DNA of 63,054 nucleotides, counting the filler. It is 5 parts of 5 records of this genome, joined end to end, with 100 filler letters (N's around TTAATTAATTAA, not from the genome) between each part and the next. Parts side by side here need not be neighbours in the genome. Positions count along the whole stretch, not along the records: positions 1 to 12,927 come from SRR20825006_2575; positions 13,028 to 29,472 come from SRR20825006_2577; 3 more parts are not named here. The stretch is one strand, 5' to 3'. This document shows positions 9,165 to 18,949 of the stretch, piece after piece (the stretch's first letter is position 1; every line of letters begins with the position of its first letter). The position numbers and the translations under genes are program-made. A model generated the notes under the pieces. The model was not told the DNA's origin, did no database searches, and worked only from the letters and a program-made list of their open reading frames with translations.

Positions 9165-10688
9165 ATGGGTATGACAATCGGGAAAAATCTGGTTTCCGCT
9201 GTGGCTGTCACGGCGGCACTTGGACTTGCCGGCGTGGCCGCGCCAGCATCGGCAGCAACGCTGAATATGGCATGGTCGCAGGATGCAACCGGCCTTGATC
9301 CGCATAAGCAGACGGCGTTTTCCTCACTCAGGCTTCTCGAACTGATCTACGAGCCCCTGGTGCGTACGGATACAAAGCTCAACATTACGCCGGCAATTGC
9401 CGAGAGCTGGGAATTTTCCGAGGATGGCAAGGTGCTGACCTTCACGCTCGCCCCGGAAGCAACGTTCTCCGATGGTGAGAAGGTGACGGCGGCGGATGTA
9501 AAAGCTTCCTTCGAGCGTATTCTCGATGAGGCAACCAGTGCTTCGGCCCGCTCCAATTTTCTCTCGATCGAAAGCATTGAAACGCCGGATGACGGAACCG
9601 TTGTCTTCAATCTCTCGCAACCGGATGTGCCGCTCTTGACGGCGATGTCCTCCATCAACGCTGCCATTGTGTCAAGGAAAGCGATTGCGGCCGGAACGAT
9701 TGGAACCGAAACACTCGGTTCCGGTCCGTTTGTGCTAGAAAGCTGGGATCCGAACTCGCGCGAAGTGCTGACTGCCAACAGGAACTGGGCTGGTGGTCCG
9801 GCTGGCGTTGATGAAATTGATATTTCGGTCCTGCCGGATGAAACTGCTATTCTGGCGGCACTGCGCACAAAACAGGTGGATTTTGCGCTGATCAACGATC
9901 CGTTGGTCGCAACGCTGGTGCCGAACAATCCGGGGCTGACGCTGAACCGTGAACCGGTGCTTTCCTATCATGTGCTGCAACTGAATGCCGAACAAGGTGC
10001 GATGAAAGAACTGAAGGTGCGTCAGGCGATTTCCTGCGCCATTGATCGCCAGGATGTGCTGGATGCAGCCCTTCTGGGTGAAGGCGAGGTCACCGGACCT
10101 CTGACAATGCCTGCCTTTGCCACTGATCCGTCAGAGCTGTTCTGCTATAGCCGTGATCTCGAAAAGGCAAAGACGCTGATGAAAGAGGCCGGGTATGAAG
10201 ACGGTTTCTCCGCTTCTGTTATCGCGGCCACCGGCGAGCCGCCAACGGCGGCTTCGGAAGCACAGGTGATCCAGTCCCAGCTTGCCGAAATCGGTATCGA
10301 TCTAGATATCGAGATGATGGAACTGAATGTCTATATCGATCGCTGGCTGAAGGGCGATTTCGATATGGCTGTGGCGCTGAATGGTGGCCGTACCGATCCT
10401 TACACCATGTATAATCGCTACTGGACAAAGGGCGGTAACCTCAATCATGTCGCGCATTACATTGATGATGAACTCGACACGCTGATGAATGAGGGCCGCG
10501 TTGAGACTGATCCGGAAAAGCGCAAGGACATTTTTGCCGAATTTTCGAAGCATATCACCGAGGTATCGCCCTGGATCTGGCTTTATACCGGTTATAGCTA
10601 TACGGCTTCGAGCGACAGCGTGAGCGGCTTTGAAGCAAGCCCCACCGGCTCACTCTTCGGCCTTTCGGCTGTCACCGTCAGCGAATAA
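9165..10688 (+). CDS. Opp/Dpp-family (SBP family 5) ABC substrate-binding protein
   Basis: Signal peptide; LDPH, PAIAESWEFSEDG, GSGPF, VRQAISCAIDR. Start ATG 9165 (or 9171) after GAGGG. Confidence 0.85.
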   Translation: MGMTIGKNLVSAVAVTAALGLAGVAAPASAATLNMAWSQDATGLDPHKQTAFSSLRLLELIYEPLVRTDTKLNITPAIAESWEFSEDGKVLTFTLAPEATFSDGEKVTAADVKASFERILDEATSASARSNFLSIESIETPDDGTVVFNLSQPDVPLLTAMSSINAAIVSRKAIAAGTIGTETLGSGPFVLESWDPNSREVLTANRNWAGGPAGVDEIDISVLPDETAILAALRTKQVDFALINDPLVATLVPNNPGLTLNREPVLSYHVLQLNAEQGAMKELKVRQAISCAIDRQDVLDAALLGEGEVTGPLTMPAFATDPSELFCYSRDLEKAKTLMKEAGYEDGFSASVIAATGEPPTAASEAQVIQSQLAEIGIDLDIEMMELNVYIDRWLKGDFDMAVALNGGRTDPYTMYNRYWTKGGNLNHVAHYIDDELDTLMNEGRVETDPEKRKDIFAEFSKHITEVSPWIWLYTGYSYTASSDSVSGFEASPTGSLFGLSAVTVSE

Positions 10689-10711
10689 GATGTGAATGAG
10701 GCGCATACCCC

Positions 10712-11674
10712 ATGAACTATCTGACCCGGCGACTGGTGACCTTTCCTCTGGTCATGCTTGGGGTATCAGTCCTGGTGTTCATTTCCATCAGGCTGGTGCC
10801 CGGCGATGCCATCACGGCGATGCTGGGCACTGAGGCCGGACTGTTGACGCCTGCCCAGCGGGCCGCGCTTGAAACCTATTTCGGCATGGACCAAAGTTGG
10901 ACAGGGCAGTACTTCCATTGGCTTTCCGGCGTGCTTCGTGGTGATCTTGGTATCTCTGTGACCTATGGCAAGCCGGTGAGCGATGTTATCCTGCGGGTTT
11001 TTCCGCTGACGCTGGAACTGGCACTTTTATCGATGGTTGTGGCGCTGGCGGTGGGGCTGCCTGCCGGTATCTATGCTGCAACCCATGCTGAAAAGCCATC
11101 GGACCTGATCGTGCGCGTGGTCGCCATGATCGGCCAGTCGACGCCGAGCTTCGTTGTTGCGCTTCTGGCCATCTATGCGCTTTCCGTCTGGTTTGGTGTT
11201 CTGCCCGCCATGGGCACTTTCACGCCGCTTTGGCAGAACCCGCTGGAAAACCTGTCGCAGATGATTCTGCCATCGCTGACACTCGGTTTTGCATTTGCCG
11301 CTGCCGTTACACGGATCGCCCGTTCGGCCATGCTCGATATTCTGTCCGATGATTACATCCGCACTGCACGCGCCAAGGGTGTGACGCGGCGTTCGGTAAT
11401 CTGGCATCATGCGCTTCCCAATGCGTTGATTCCGGTGGTGACAGTCAGTGGTGTCGAGTTCGGTTATCTTCTGGGCGGAGCGGTAATCGTCGAGCAGGTT
11501 TTCGCGCTTCCGGGGCTGGGGCGCACCGTGCTGGATGCCATTTTACAGCGTGACTACGCTTTGGTGCAGGGAAGCGTTTTGTTCATCGCGCTCAATTTCA
11601 TGATCGTGAATCTTCTGGTTGACCTGGCCTATGCCGCACTTGACCCGCGTATCCGGCTGGGAGGCAACCCATGA
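10712..11674 (+). CDS. Opp/Dpp-family ABC permease (DppB-like)
   Basis: LVPGDA, GDLGIS, DYIRTARAKG, HALPNA, LDPRIR. Confidence 0.9.
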   Translation: MNYLTRRLVTFPLVMLGVSVLVFISIRLVPGDAITAMLGTEAGLLTPAQRAALETYFGMDQSWTGQYFHWLSGVLRGDLGISVTYGKPVSDVILRVFPLTLELALLSMVVALAVGLPAGIYAATHAEKPSDLIVRVVAMIGQSTPSFVVALLAIYALSVWFGVLPAMGTFTPLWQNPLENLSQMILPSLTLGFAFAAAVTRIARSAMLDILSDDYIRTARAKGVTRRSVIWHHALPNALIPVVTVSGVEFGYLLGGAVIVEQVFALPGLGRTVLDAILQRDYALVQGSVLFIALNFMIVNLLVDLAYAALDPRIRLGGNP

Positions 11675-12510
11675 ACCTGTTGCGCTCCGTCTTTTCCCAT
11701 CCGAGTGGCCGCATAGGCGGCACGATTGTCGCGATTTATATCGTCATCGCTGTTTTCGGCCTTGTCGGCCTGACGCCGCATGATCCGCTGATGCAGTTTC
11801 GCATCGACCGCCTTCATGCTCCAAGCCTGACCTACTGGATGGGCACTGATCTTCTGGGCCGTGATGTCGCAAGCCGTTTGATGATCGGCATAGCACAATC
11901 CTTTATCGTTTCCTTTGCATCCGTTGCGCTGGCAACGATTGCTGGCATTGTGCTGGGTCTTGCAGCCGCATGGTTCGGTTCCTACTGGGATGGCACCATC
12001 ATGCGGCTTATGGACGTGCTGCTCGCTTTTCCGGCTATTCTGCTGGCACTTTTGATCATCACGATTGCCGGTCCCGGCACGTGGACAAGCGTGATGGCGA
12101 TCGCCTTTGTCTATACGCCGATTTTCACCCGCGTGGTGCGGGGGCCTGCCTTGTCGCTGAAAACCCGTGAATTCGTCGACGCTGCCCGCACATTCGGTTC
12201 ATCGCGCCGCTATATTCTTTCGCGTCATATGCTGCTCAATCTGGTTGCGCCGCTGACCGTACAGATCACGCTGGCACTGGCATGGGCGCTTCTGACGGAA
12301 GCCGGATTGTCCTTCCTGGGGCTTGGTACGCAGCCACCAAAGGCCTCTCTGGGGCTGATGTTGAGCGAAGCCCGCAATCTGATGGAAATGGCGCCCTGGC
12401 TGCTGGTGTTTCCTGCCTTTGCCATCATGATCGGTATTCTCGGCTTCAATCTTCTGGGCGATGCCCTGCGTGATATTCTCGACCCACGCTCAAGGAGGGC
12501 AGAAGCATGA
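11671..12510 (+). CDS. Opp/Dpp-family ABC permease (DppC-like)
   Basis: GTDLLGRDV, EAGLSFLGLG, GFNLLGDALRDILDPR. Confidence 0.9.
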   Translation: MNLLRSVFSHPSGRIGGTIVAIYIVIAVFGLVGLTPHDPLMQFRIDRLHAPSLTYWMGTDLLGRDVASRLMIGIAQSFIVSFASVALATIAGIVLGLAAAWFGSYWDGTIMRLMDVLLAFPAILLALLIITIAGPGTWTSVMAIAFVYTPIFTRVVRGPALSLKTREFVDAARTFGSSRRYILSRHMLLNLVAPLTVQITLALAWALLTEAGLSFLGLGTQPPKASLGLMLSEARNLMEMAPWLLVFPAFAIMIGILGFNLLGDALRDILDPRSRRAEA

Positions 12511-12927
12511 ACCAACTTCTGTCTGTTTCTGATCTGCATGTCGGTTTCGGCAAGGATCCTGTGAAAAATGAAGTGGTTCACGGCATTGGCTTCACGCTCG
12601 CGCCCGGTGAAACGCTTGCCATCGTCGGCGAAAGTGGTTCCGGTAAATCCGTGACCTCGCTTTGCATTAACCGTCTGGTGGATTTCGGCGGCGGGAGGAT
12701 TACCAGGGGGCAGATCGACTTCATGCTTGGCGATGGCGCGGTGGTCGATCTGGCAACCGCTCAGGAAAGCCAGATGGAAGATATTCGTGGCCGCGAGATT
12801 GGCATGATCTTTCAGGAGCCGATGACCTCGCTTAATCCGGTTCATACCATTGGCGAGCAGATCGCTGAAAGTTTCCGTCTGCATCATGGTCTGACCGGAA
12901 AACAGGCGATGAATGCGGCCAGGGATG
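12507..12927 (+). CDS. Opp/Dpp-family ABC ATP-binding protein (truncated by contig end)
   Basis: GESGSGKSVT, MIFQEPMTSLNPV. Confidence 0.9.
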
Positions 12928-13027
12928 NNNNNNNNNNNNNNNNNNNNNNNNNNNNNNNNNNNNNNNNNNNNTTAATTAATTAANNNNNNNNNNNNNNNNN
13001 NNNNNNNNNNNNNNNNNNNNNNNNNNN
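12928..13027. other. Artificial contig spacer
   Basis: 44 N + TTAATTAATTAA (stops in all six frames) + 44 N; abrupt GC shift. Confidence 0.98.
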
Positions 13028-13964
13028 CTACACAGTTTTCCCAAAGTAGTCCTGAGTTCCATAGTCGCCGTTGTACCCTTTTTACAATGTCAGCTAATTG
13101 CTGGTTGTCTTTACCATCGGCATGGTAGGCTTTTATGTCGGTTATCACATGATTGGAAGTATCGACTGTTAATTGACTTAAGTAATTCAGTTTTCTAGCC
13201 TTGCCCGGCTTTACACTAATTCGGGCATCGGGATCGGTAGGGCTGTAATGCGTTTTATTACTGGTATATCTTGCTCCTATATTACCTGCGCCAGGACGCT
13301 GGTCTTGTTCTCTTGCCCATTTGCTATTCCTAGTGGTAATATCCTGTAATTCCTTTTTACTAGCGGCTATGGTTTGTTGAGCTTTCCTTGCTTTATTCTC
13401 TTTGGACTTACGTAATGGCTTTTCTTTGTCACGCTTACTTATTTGGCGAACGCTTCGAAGGTGAGATTCCAACTCTTCTTCAGGGACTTTAAGTTCCAAA
13501 CTATCCATCGAAGCATTTGCTTTTATTGGCGCACTATCAATAGCTTGTGTATGACCACTGACCATTCCCTTAGATACACACAGTTCAAAGACTTTAGTAA
13601 AAACTTCTTCAAAAACATGTTCAGGAAATAACTGTCGCGTACGGCTAATGGTAGAATGCCAGGGAAGCTCATCATCGATATCATAATCCAAAAAGAATAA
13701 AATATCCAGCCGCATACTACAATGATCCACCAGCTTACGGTCGCTAATGATGTTTTCTAAATAGCCCACCAAACAGAGTTTAAAGAAAACTACGGGGTCG
13801 ATACTCTTTTGTCCGCTACTACCATAAAAACCTTTAGTAAGTGGATAAAGAAAATCTAAGGAAATAACACTCTTTAAACGACGATAAAAATTGTTTTCTG
13901 GAACACGATCACTCAAACGGAAATTGTTGAATAACTTTTCTTGATATGTTTTTTTGCCTTGCAT
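13028..13964 (-). CDS. IS1182-family DDE transposase (partial)
   Basis: YGSSGQKSIDPVVFFK, LPWHSTISRTR, IDSAPIKANAS and SPTDPDARI motifs. Confidence 0.9.
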
Positions 13965-14039
13965 ACTTAAAGTTACGAATCCAATGAAAAATTAATAGCA
14001 ACCCTATGTCAAATTTTTGCTAACTTGTGCAACAGGCAC
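13028..14039 (-). mobile_element. IS1182-family insertion sequence (one end visible, truncated by contig end)
   Basis: Transposase plus putative terminal sequence GTGCCTGTTGCACAA (minus strand, ~14025-14039) at the point where the mscS reading frame breaks. Confidence 0.8.
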
Positions 14040-14447
14040 ATCGCCTATATGAAGTGATTGGTCTAAAATAATAAGAATCCCAGAAATTATATCCTGAAAT
14101 AAATACTGAAGGGCAAACCCTAAACCTACAAATAAAGCTGCAGAGGCCGTTAATAAAACAGTTAAATCAATACCAGAAGTACTCATTACTGCTATAATAA
14201 CTAAAATGTAAACTATATAATTAGCAAACTTAAAAACACTTACAAACTTTCGTTTATCTTCCAAAGGAAGTTTTGCGGTAACAAACCTTCTAATAAGTTT
14301 TAGAATATAATATGCTAAAACACAGCTAAAAATAATAACTAATAATGTCCCTATGGTTATAAAAGCTTTCTCTCCTTTGTATAAGGGATAAGTAAAAAAA
14401 GACTTTAAACCATTTATTAAATTTTCAATAAATTCTCTCATTTGCAA
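14040..14447 (-). pseudogene. mscS: Small-conductance mechanosensitive channel (MscS) 5' part, interrupted by IS
   Basis: TM segments and GLGFALQYLFQDIISGILIILDQSLHIGD, then 11 IS-derived codons and a stop at 14004; the cytoplasmic domain is missing. Confidence 0.8.
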
Positions 14448-14484
14448 TTTGTTTTAAATAATAAATTGCAATATAGAATATTAT

Positions 14485-15822
14485 CTATTTATATTTTAAC
14501 CATTTGTAAATTTCTTTATAGCTAGGCTTCTTTCCGTACATTAAAATCCCTACTCTATATATTTTTGCTGCTATCCATACTATGAATAAAAAAGTCATAA
14601 TCAAAAATATAATCGATGTTACAAGTTGCCACCAAGGAACTCCAGCACCTCCTACTCCACTTGGTAAACGCATCATCATAACAATTGGTGAGGTAAGCGG
14701 AAATAAGGAAAATGCCACTGCAATTGGCCCATGTGGATTCTCAAATACAGAGAAAAACCCAACATAAATACCCAACATTAGTGGTGTAATTACAGGAAAC
14801 ATAAACTGCTGTGTATCTGTTTCATTATCTACTGCTGCTCCAATAGCTGCATAAATAGAACTGTAAATTAAATAGCCTAAAGAGAAATATAGCAAAAAAC
14901 ATATAATTAATGTTCCCCATGGAATTTTAACCAATTCATTTACATATAATTGAATTGTATCTTGAGAAGCAGTTGTATTAAAAGTCTCCATAGCTTCGGG
15001 AGAAATATTTGCTTGATTATGAAAGGCATCTACTTCAATCCCCATAACCGACAAAACTCCGTATGTTAATAGTCCCGCAGAAATTATCCATATAACAAAT
15101 TGAGTAATTCCAGCTAAAGAAGTTCCTAATATTTTACCCAACATTAATTGAAACGGACGTACAGAGGAGATAATAACTTCTATAATTCTAGTGGTTTTTT
15201 CTTCAATAACGCTTCGCATTACAAAAGCTCCGTAAATAATAATAAACATCATTATTAAATACCCAAATCCTCCACCAATAAAGGCTTTTAATTCACTAAT
15301 ACCCTTTACACTTTTCTCTCCACTAAAGTTTACAATTCTCATTTCGTAATTACTCTCCAATTCATTCATCACTTCAGGAGAAATATGCAATGCTTGTAAT
15401 TTAAACTCTCTAACTTTATGTTCTATTTTTCCTTCTATACTCCCCAGAATATCCATACTTGGCGATTCTTTTGTATAAAACTGAATTTTATCAGCAACTA
15501 TATCAATTTTATCTCCCTCTGGAATATGTATCAATCCATAATATCCTGCAGCATGAACAGAATCAATAGCTTTTTCTAAAGAGATATTGGAGAAATCTAT
15601 ATAAGAAGCTTCGGTTCCTTCTGTAAATTGGTGACTAAAAAACGGACTTTCATCGAGAACCGCTACAATTCTTTTCTCTTCACTATTAACTTTAGCTAAA
15701 TAAACAACCAAAGCAATCATGGCTACAATTATAATAGGACTCAAAACTGTAAGAACAATAAAAGATTTGTTCCTAACTTTGGCCATATATTCACGCTTTA
15801 TTATAAGTAATAATTTGTCCAT
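14485..15822 (-). CDS. ABC-2 type exporter permease (NatB-like)
   Basis: MRSVIEEKTTRIIEVIISS, AAIGAAVDNETDTQQF, AAKIYRVGILMYGKK. Confidence 0.85.
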   Translation of the reverse strand: MDKLLLIIKREYMAKVRNKSFIVLTVLSPIIIVAMIALVVYLAKVNSEEKRIVAVLDESPFFSHQFTEGTEASYIDFSNISLEKAIDSVHAAGYYGLIHIPEGDKIDIVADKIQFYTKESPSMDILGSIEGKIEHKVREFKLQALHISPEVMNELESNYEMRIVNFSGEKSVKGISELKAFIGGGFGYLIMMFIIIYGAFVMRSVIEEKTTRIIEVIISSVRPFQLMLGKILGTSLAGITQFVIWIISAGLLTYGVLSVMGIEVDAFHNQANISPEAMETFNTTASQDTIQLYVNELVKIPWGTLIICFLLYFSLGYLIYSSIYAAIGAAVDNETDTQQFMFPVITPLMLGIYVGFFSVFENPHGPIAVAFSLFPLTSPIVMMMRLPSGVGGAGVPWWQLVTSIIFLIMTFLFIVWIAAKIYRVGILMYGKKPSYKEIYKWLKYK

Positions 15823-16749
15823 TTAATTACGTTTTACCGTTTCAATAAAAATTTCATTAGCTGTAGGAATTACCTCCACAAAATGGGTTACCAATCCTTG
15901 AGTAGTAAGATACATTAAGAGGTCGTTTGCAGTATGACCTTCTTGAAGTTGAATTCTAAGTTTTAACTCGTCTCCTAAAGAGCGAAATTGAGCTTTTGTT
16001 ACAGTAAACTTAGTCGCCAATTCCTTTTTTAAAACATCTGGATTAGCTGTTTCTATTCCAACTTCGTACGTACCATTTCTAAAATCTCTTTTTATGTCGA
16101 TAAGTTTCCCGTCTAATATTTTATTGGACTTATTAATCAACGCAATATGATCGCACAGCTCCTCTACAGACTCCATTCGGTGTGTAGAAAAAATAACTGT
16201 AGAACCATTTTCTTTTAGGCGAAGGATTTCATCTTTAATCAAATTAGCATTTATAGGATCAAATCCACTAAAAGGCTCATCAAAAATTAAGAGTTTAGGC
16301 TCATGAAGAACGGTAACTACAAATTGGATTTTTTGTGCCATTCCTTTAGAAAGCTCCTGCACTTTTTTATTCCACCAGTCGCCAATTTCTAGACGTTCGA
16401 ACCAATATTTTAGTTTCTTTTGAGCTTCACTTTTACTCATGCCTTTCAATTGAGCTAAATATAAAGCTTGCTCTCCCACTTTCATACTTTTGTATAGTCC
16501 GCGTTCTTCTGGTAAATAACCAATCATTTGAACGTGTTCCGACTTTAAATCTTCACCATTAAAGATTACTTTTCCAGTATCTGGATATGTAATTTGATTA
16601 ATAATACGTATAAAAGTAGTTTTACCAGCTCCGTTTGGCCCTAGGAGTCCGAAAATAGTTCCTTCTGGAATTTCCAAAGAAACATTATTTAGTGCCGTAT
16701 AATCTCCAAAACTTTTGGAAACATTCTGAGCGACTAACAAATTCGCCAT
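15823..16749 (-). CDS. ABC exporter ATP-binding protein (NatA-like)
   Basis: GPNGAGKTT, LSKGMAQK, FDEPFSGFDP; TAnnTTTG promoter at 16767-16774. Confidence 0.88.
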   Translation of the reverse strand: MANLLVAQNVSKSFGDYTALNNVSLEIPEGTIFGLLGPNGAGKTTFIRIINQITYPDTGKVIFNGEDLKSEHVQMIGYLPEERGLYKSMKVGEQALYLAQLKGMSKSEAQKKLKYWFERLEIGDWWNKKVQELSKGMAQKIQFVVTVLHEPKLLIFDEPFSGFDPINANLIKDEILRLKENGSTVIFSTHRMESVEELCDHIALINKSNKILDGKLIDIKRDFRNGTYEVGIETANPDVLKKELATKFTVTKAQFRSLGDELKLRIQLQEGHTANDLLMYLTTQGLVTHFVEVIPTANEIFIETVKRN

Positions 16750-16822
16750 ATTCAAATTGATTTTTTCAAATATATTGGTTAATAAAGTACTATAAAAGAT
16801 AATACCTCTATTTATAAAAAAT

Positions 16823-16905
16823 AAAAACCCACCCTTAAAAAAATCAAGGATGGGAAAAAATTGCTATGAAAAAGAAAAAATTAACACTAGGTTAGAACCA
16901 GTGTT
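16823..16905 (-). ncRNA. Candidate ~85-nt sRNA between dnaJ and the ABC ATPase gene
   Basis: Bacteroidetes -7 box TATCTTTG (16917-16910), 5' hairpin, U-rich core UUUUCUUUUUCAUAGCAA, terminator CCCAUCCUUG-loop-UAAGGGUGGG-UUUUU. Confidence 0.5.
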
Positions 16906-16945
16906 ATTACAAAGATATATTTTTTTGTATAACACAAAAGTTAAA

Positions 16946-18079
16946 TTATGAAAACATATCTTTTACTTTTTCAAAAAACGATTTATCGTTCTTCTCTGGA
17001 TTTGGAGAAAAATTATCATCTCCTACCATTCTTTCGAAGAAATCGCGTTGTTCTTTATTCAATGTTTTTGGAGTCCAAACATTAATATGTACTAAAAGGT
17101 CTCCTTGTCCGTACCCATTAATACTTGGAATTCCTTTTCCTTTAAGGCGAAGAATTTTTCCAGATTGAATTCCTTCTTCCAATTTAATCCGAACCTTTCC
17201 GGTTACGGTATCTATTTCTTTTGAAGTTCCTAAAACAGCTTCTGCAATACTTACATATAAATCAAAATGAAGATTATCTCCTTCTCTTTTTAATGTATTG
17301 TGTTCTTGCTCCTCAATAGCCACCAATAAATCTCCTGAAATTCCATTACTTCCTGGAGCTTCATTTCCTTTACCAGTAACTTTAAGCTGCATTCCTTCCA
17401 CTACTCCAGCAGGAATTTTAATAGAAACCGTTTCTTCTTTAACTACAAGTCCTTGTCCGTCTGCTTCTGAAGAACGTTTGTCTATAACCTCCCCAGCTCC
17501 ACCACAAGAATTACAAGTTGTAGCAGTTTGCATTCTACCTAAGATAGTATTGGTAACTCGCATCATTTGTCCAGTACCATTACAGGTAGGACATGTTTTA
17601 TAGGTTACATCGTCAGCTTGTATTTTTCTTCTTACTTTTACTTTCTTCTCCACTCCATTGGCAATTTCTTCCAATGTAAGCTTTACACGAATACGGAGAT
17701 TAGAGCCTTTAACTCTAGCTCGTCCGCCGCCGCCAAATCCACCAAAACCGCTGAATCCGCCGCCACCGCCAAAGGCTCCTCCGAATATATCTCCGAACTG
17801 ACTAAAGATATCGTCCATATTCATATGTCCGCTACCGCCACCAAAGCCTCCAGCTCCGTCAAAAGCAGCATGCCCGTATTGGTCGTAACGCTGTTTCTTA
17901 TTTGGATCGCTTAAAACTTCATACGCTTCTGCAGCTTTTTTAAACATCTCCTCAGCTTTCGTATCCCCAGGATTTTTGTCAGGGTGATGTTGTATAGCTT
18001 TCTTACGATATGCTTTTTTTATTTCTGCAGCCGATGCACTTTTATCTATTCCTAATATTTCGTAATAATCTTCCTTCAT
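16946..18079 (-). CDS. dnaJ: Molecular chaperone DnaJ
   Basis: J domain with HPDKN, G/F-rich region, CxxCxGxG repeats, C-terminal [10 protein letters not shown]. Confidence 0.95.
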   Translation of the reverse strand: MKEDYYEILGIDKSASAAEIKKAYRKKAIQHHPDKNPGDTKAEEMFKKAAEAYEVLSDPNKKQRYDQYGHAAFDGAGGFGGGSGHMNMDDIFSQFGDIFGGAFGGGGGFSGFGGFGGGGRARVKGSNLRIRVKLTLEEIANGVEKKVKVRRKIQADDVTYKTCPTCNGTGQMMRVTNTILGRMQTATTCNSCGGAGEVIDKRSSEADGQGLVVKEETVSIKIPAGVVEGMQLKVTGKGNEAPGSNGISGDLLVAIEEQEHNTLKREGDNLHFDLYVSIAEAVLGTSKEIDTVTGKVRIKLEEGIQSGKILRLKGKGIPSINGYGQGDLLVHINVWTPKTLNKEQRDFFERMVGDDNFSPNPEKNDKSFFEKVKDMFS

Positions 18080-18179
18080 GTAACTATCTTAGAAAGGCTT
18101 TTCCTTTCGATTTATATAAATATTTTATAAAAGTTCTATTCAATTGAAAGTCAAAAAATTTTATGACAAAACGTCTTTT

Positions 18180-18740
18180 CTATTGCCCTACAATAACTTT
18201 TGGATGACGAATTACTTTATCTCCAAGTTTGTATCCTTTTTCTATTACATCAACCAATTTTCCTTTTAAGTCGTCTGTAGGTGCAGGAATTTGTGTAATA
18301 GCTTCATGCAAATCTGCATTAAAAACATCTCCAGTTTTTGTTTCTACTTGCTCTAAACCTTTAGCATTTAAAGTATTTCTAAGCTTATTACTAATAAGTT
18401 CTACTCCTTTTAGAAGTTCTTTATCCTCGGTTTTAGAAATTTCATTTAAAGCACGATCAAAATCATCTAAAACAGGAAGCATAGAAACCATAATATCTTG
18501 CCCTGCCGTTTTAAAAAGCTCCACACGCTCTTTGGAAGTTCTTCTTTTATAATTCTCAAATTCAGCAAAAAGTCTTAAAAACTTATCTTTTTCAGAAGCT
18601 AATTCTTCTCTTAACTTCTCTTCTTCACTTATTTCTTCAACCGCTTCCGTGGTTTGCTCTACTTCTTGCTCTACCGCTGTATTCTCTTCAGCAGCAAACT
18701 CTTTATTTATTTCTTCCTCTTTCTTTGACATAAATTTCAT
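18180..18740 (-). CDS. grpE: Nucleotide exchange factor GrpE
   Basis: LRLFAEFENYKRR, LPVLDDFDRA, EKGYKLGDKVIRHPKV. Confidence 0.95.
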   Translation of the reverse strand: MKFMSKKEEEINKEFAAEENTAVEQEVEQTTEAVEEISEEEKLREELASEKDKFLRLFAEFENYKRRTSKERVELFKTAGQDIMVSMLPVLDDFDRALNEISKTEDKELLKGVELISNKLRNTLNAKGLEQVETKTGDVFNADLHEAITQIPAPTDDLKGKLVDVIEKGYKLGDKVIRHPKVIVGQ

Positions 18741-18827
18741 TTTTTATGACAATAAACCTGTCATTTATATTTTGCACGTTCAATTAAGAATCGTAATGCG
18801 TTGTTTCTTTTAAGTTCCTATAGGGAG

Positions 18828-18867
18828 GCAAAAGTATTGCCATTTATTTTAAAATGTCAAAATGTCA
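18828..18867 (-). promoter_or_regulatory. Sigma54-type -24/-12 promoter with tandem TGACA boxes upstream of grpE-dnaJ
   Basis: Minus strand TGACATTTTGACA (18867-18855) then TGGCAATACTTTTGC (18842-18828), exact GG-N10-GC spacing. Confidence 0.65.
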
Positions 18868-18949
18868 CCAAAAAAAATTATTATAATTTTAATAGAGATG
18901 TAAATCGCTATTACTATTTTTGAGCACTAATCACTAAAAATTAATCAAA

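Noticed and set aside
12972-12983. TTAATTAATTAA recurring four times as a biological repeat
   Set aside because: Synthetic six-frame stop linker inside N runs; ORFs ending in XXXLIN are artefacts.
17720-17860. GC-rich ccgccgcc repeats in an AT-rich contig
   Set aside because: They encode the normal G/F-rich region of DnaJ.
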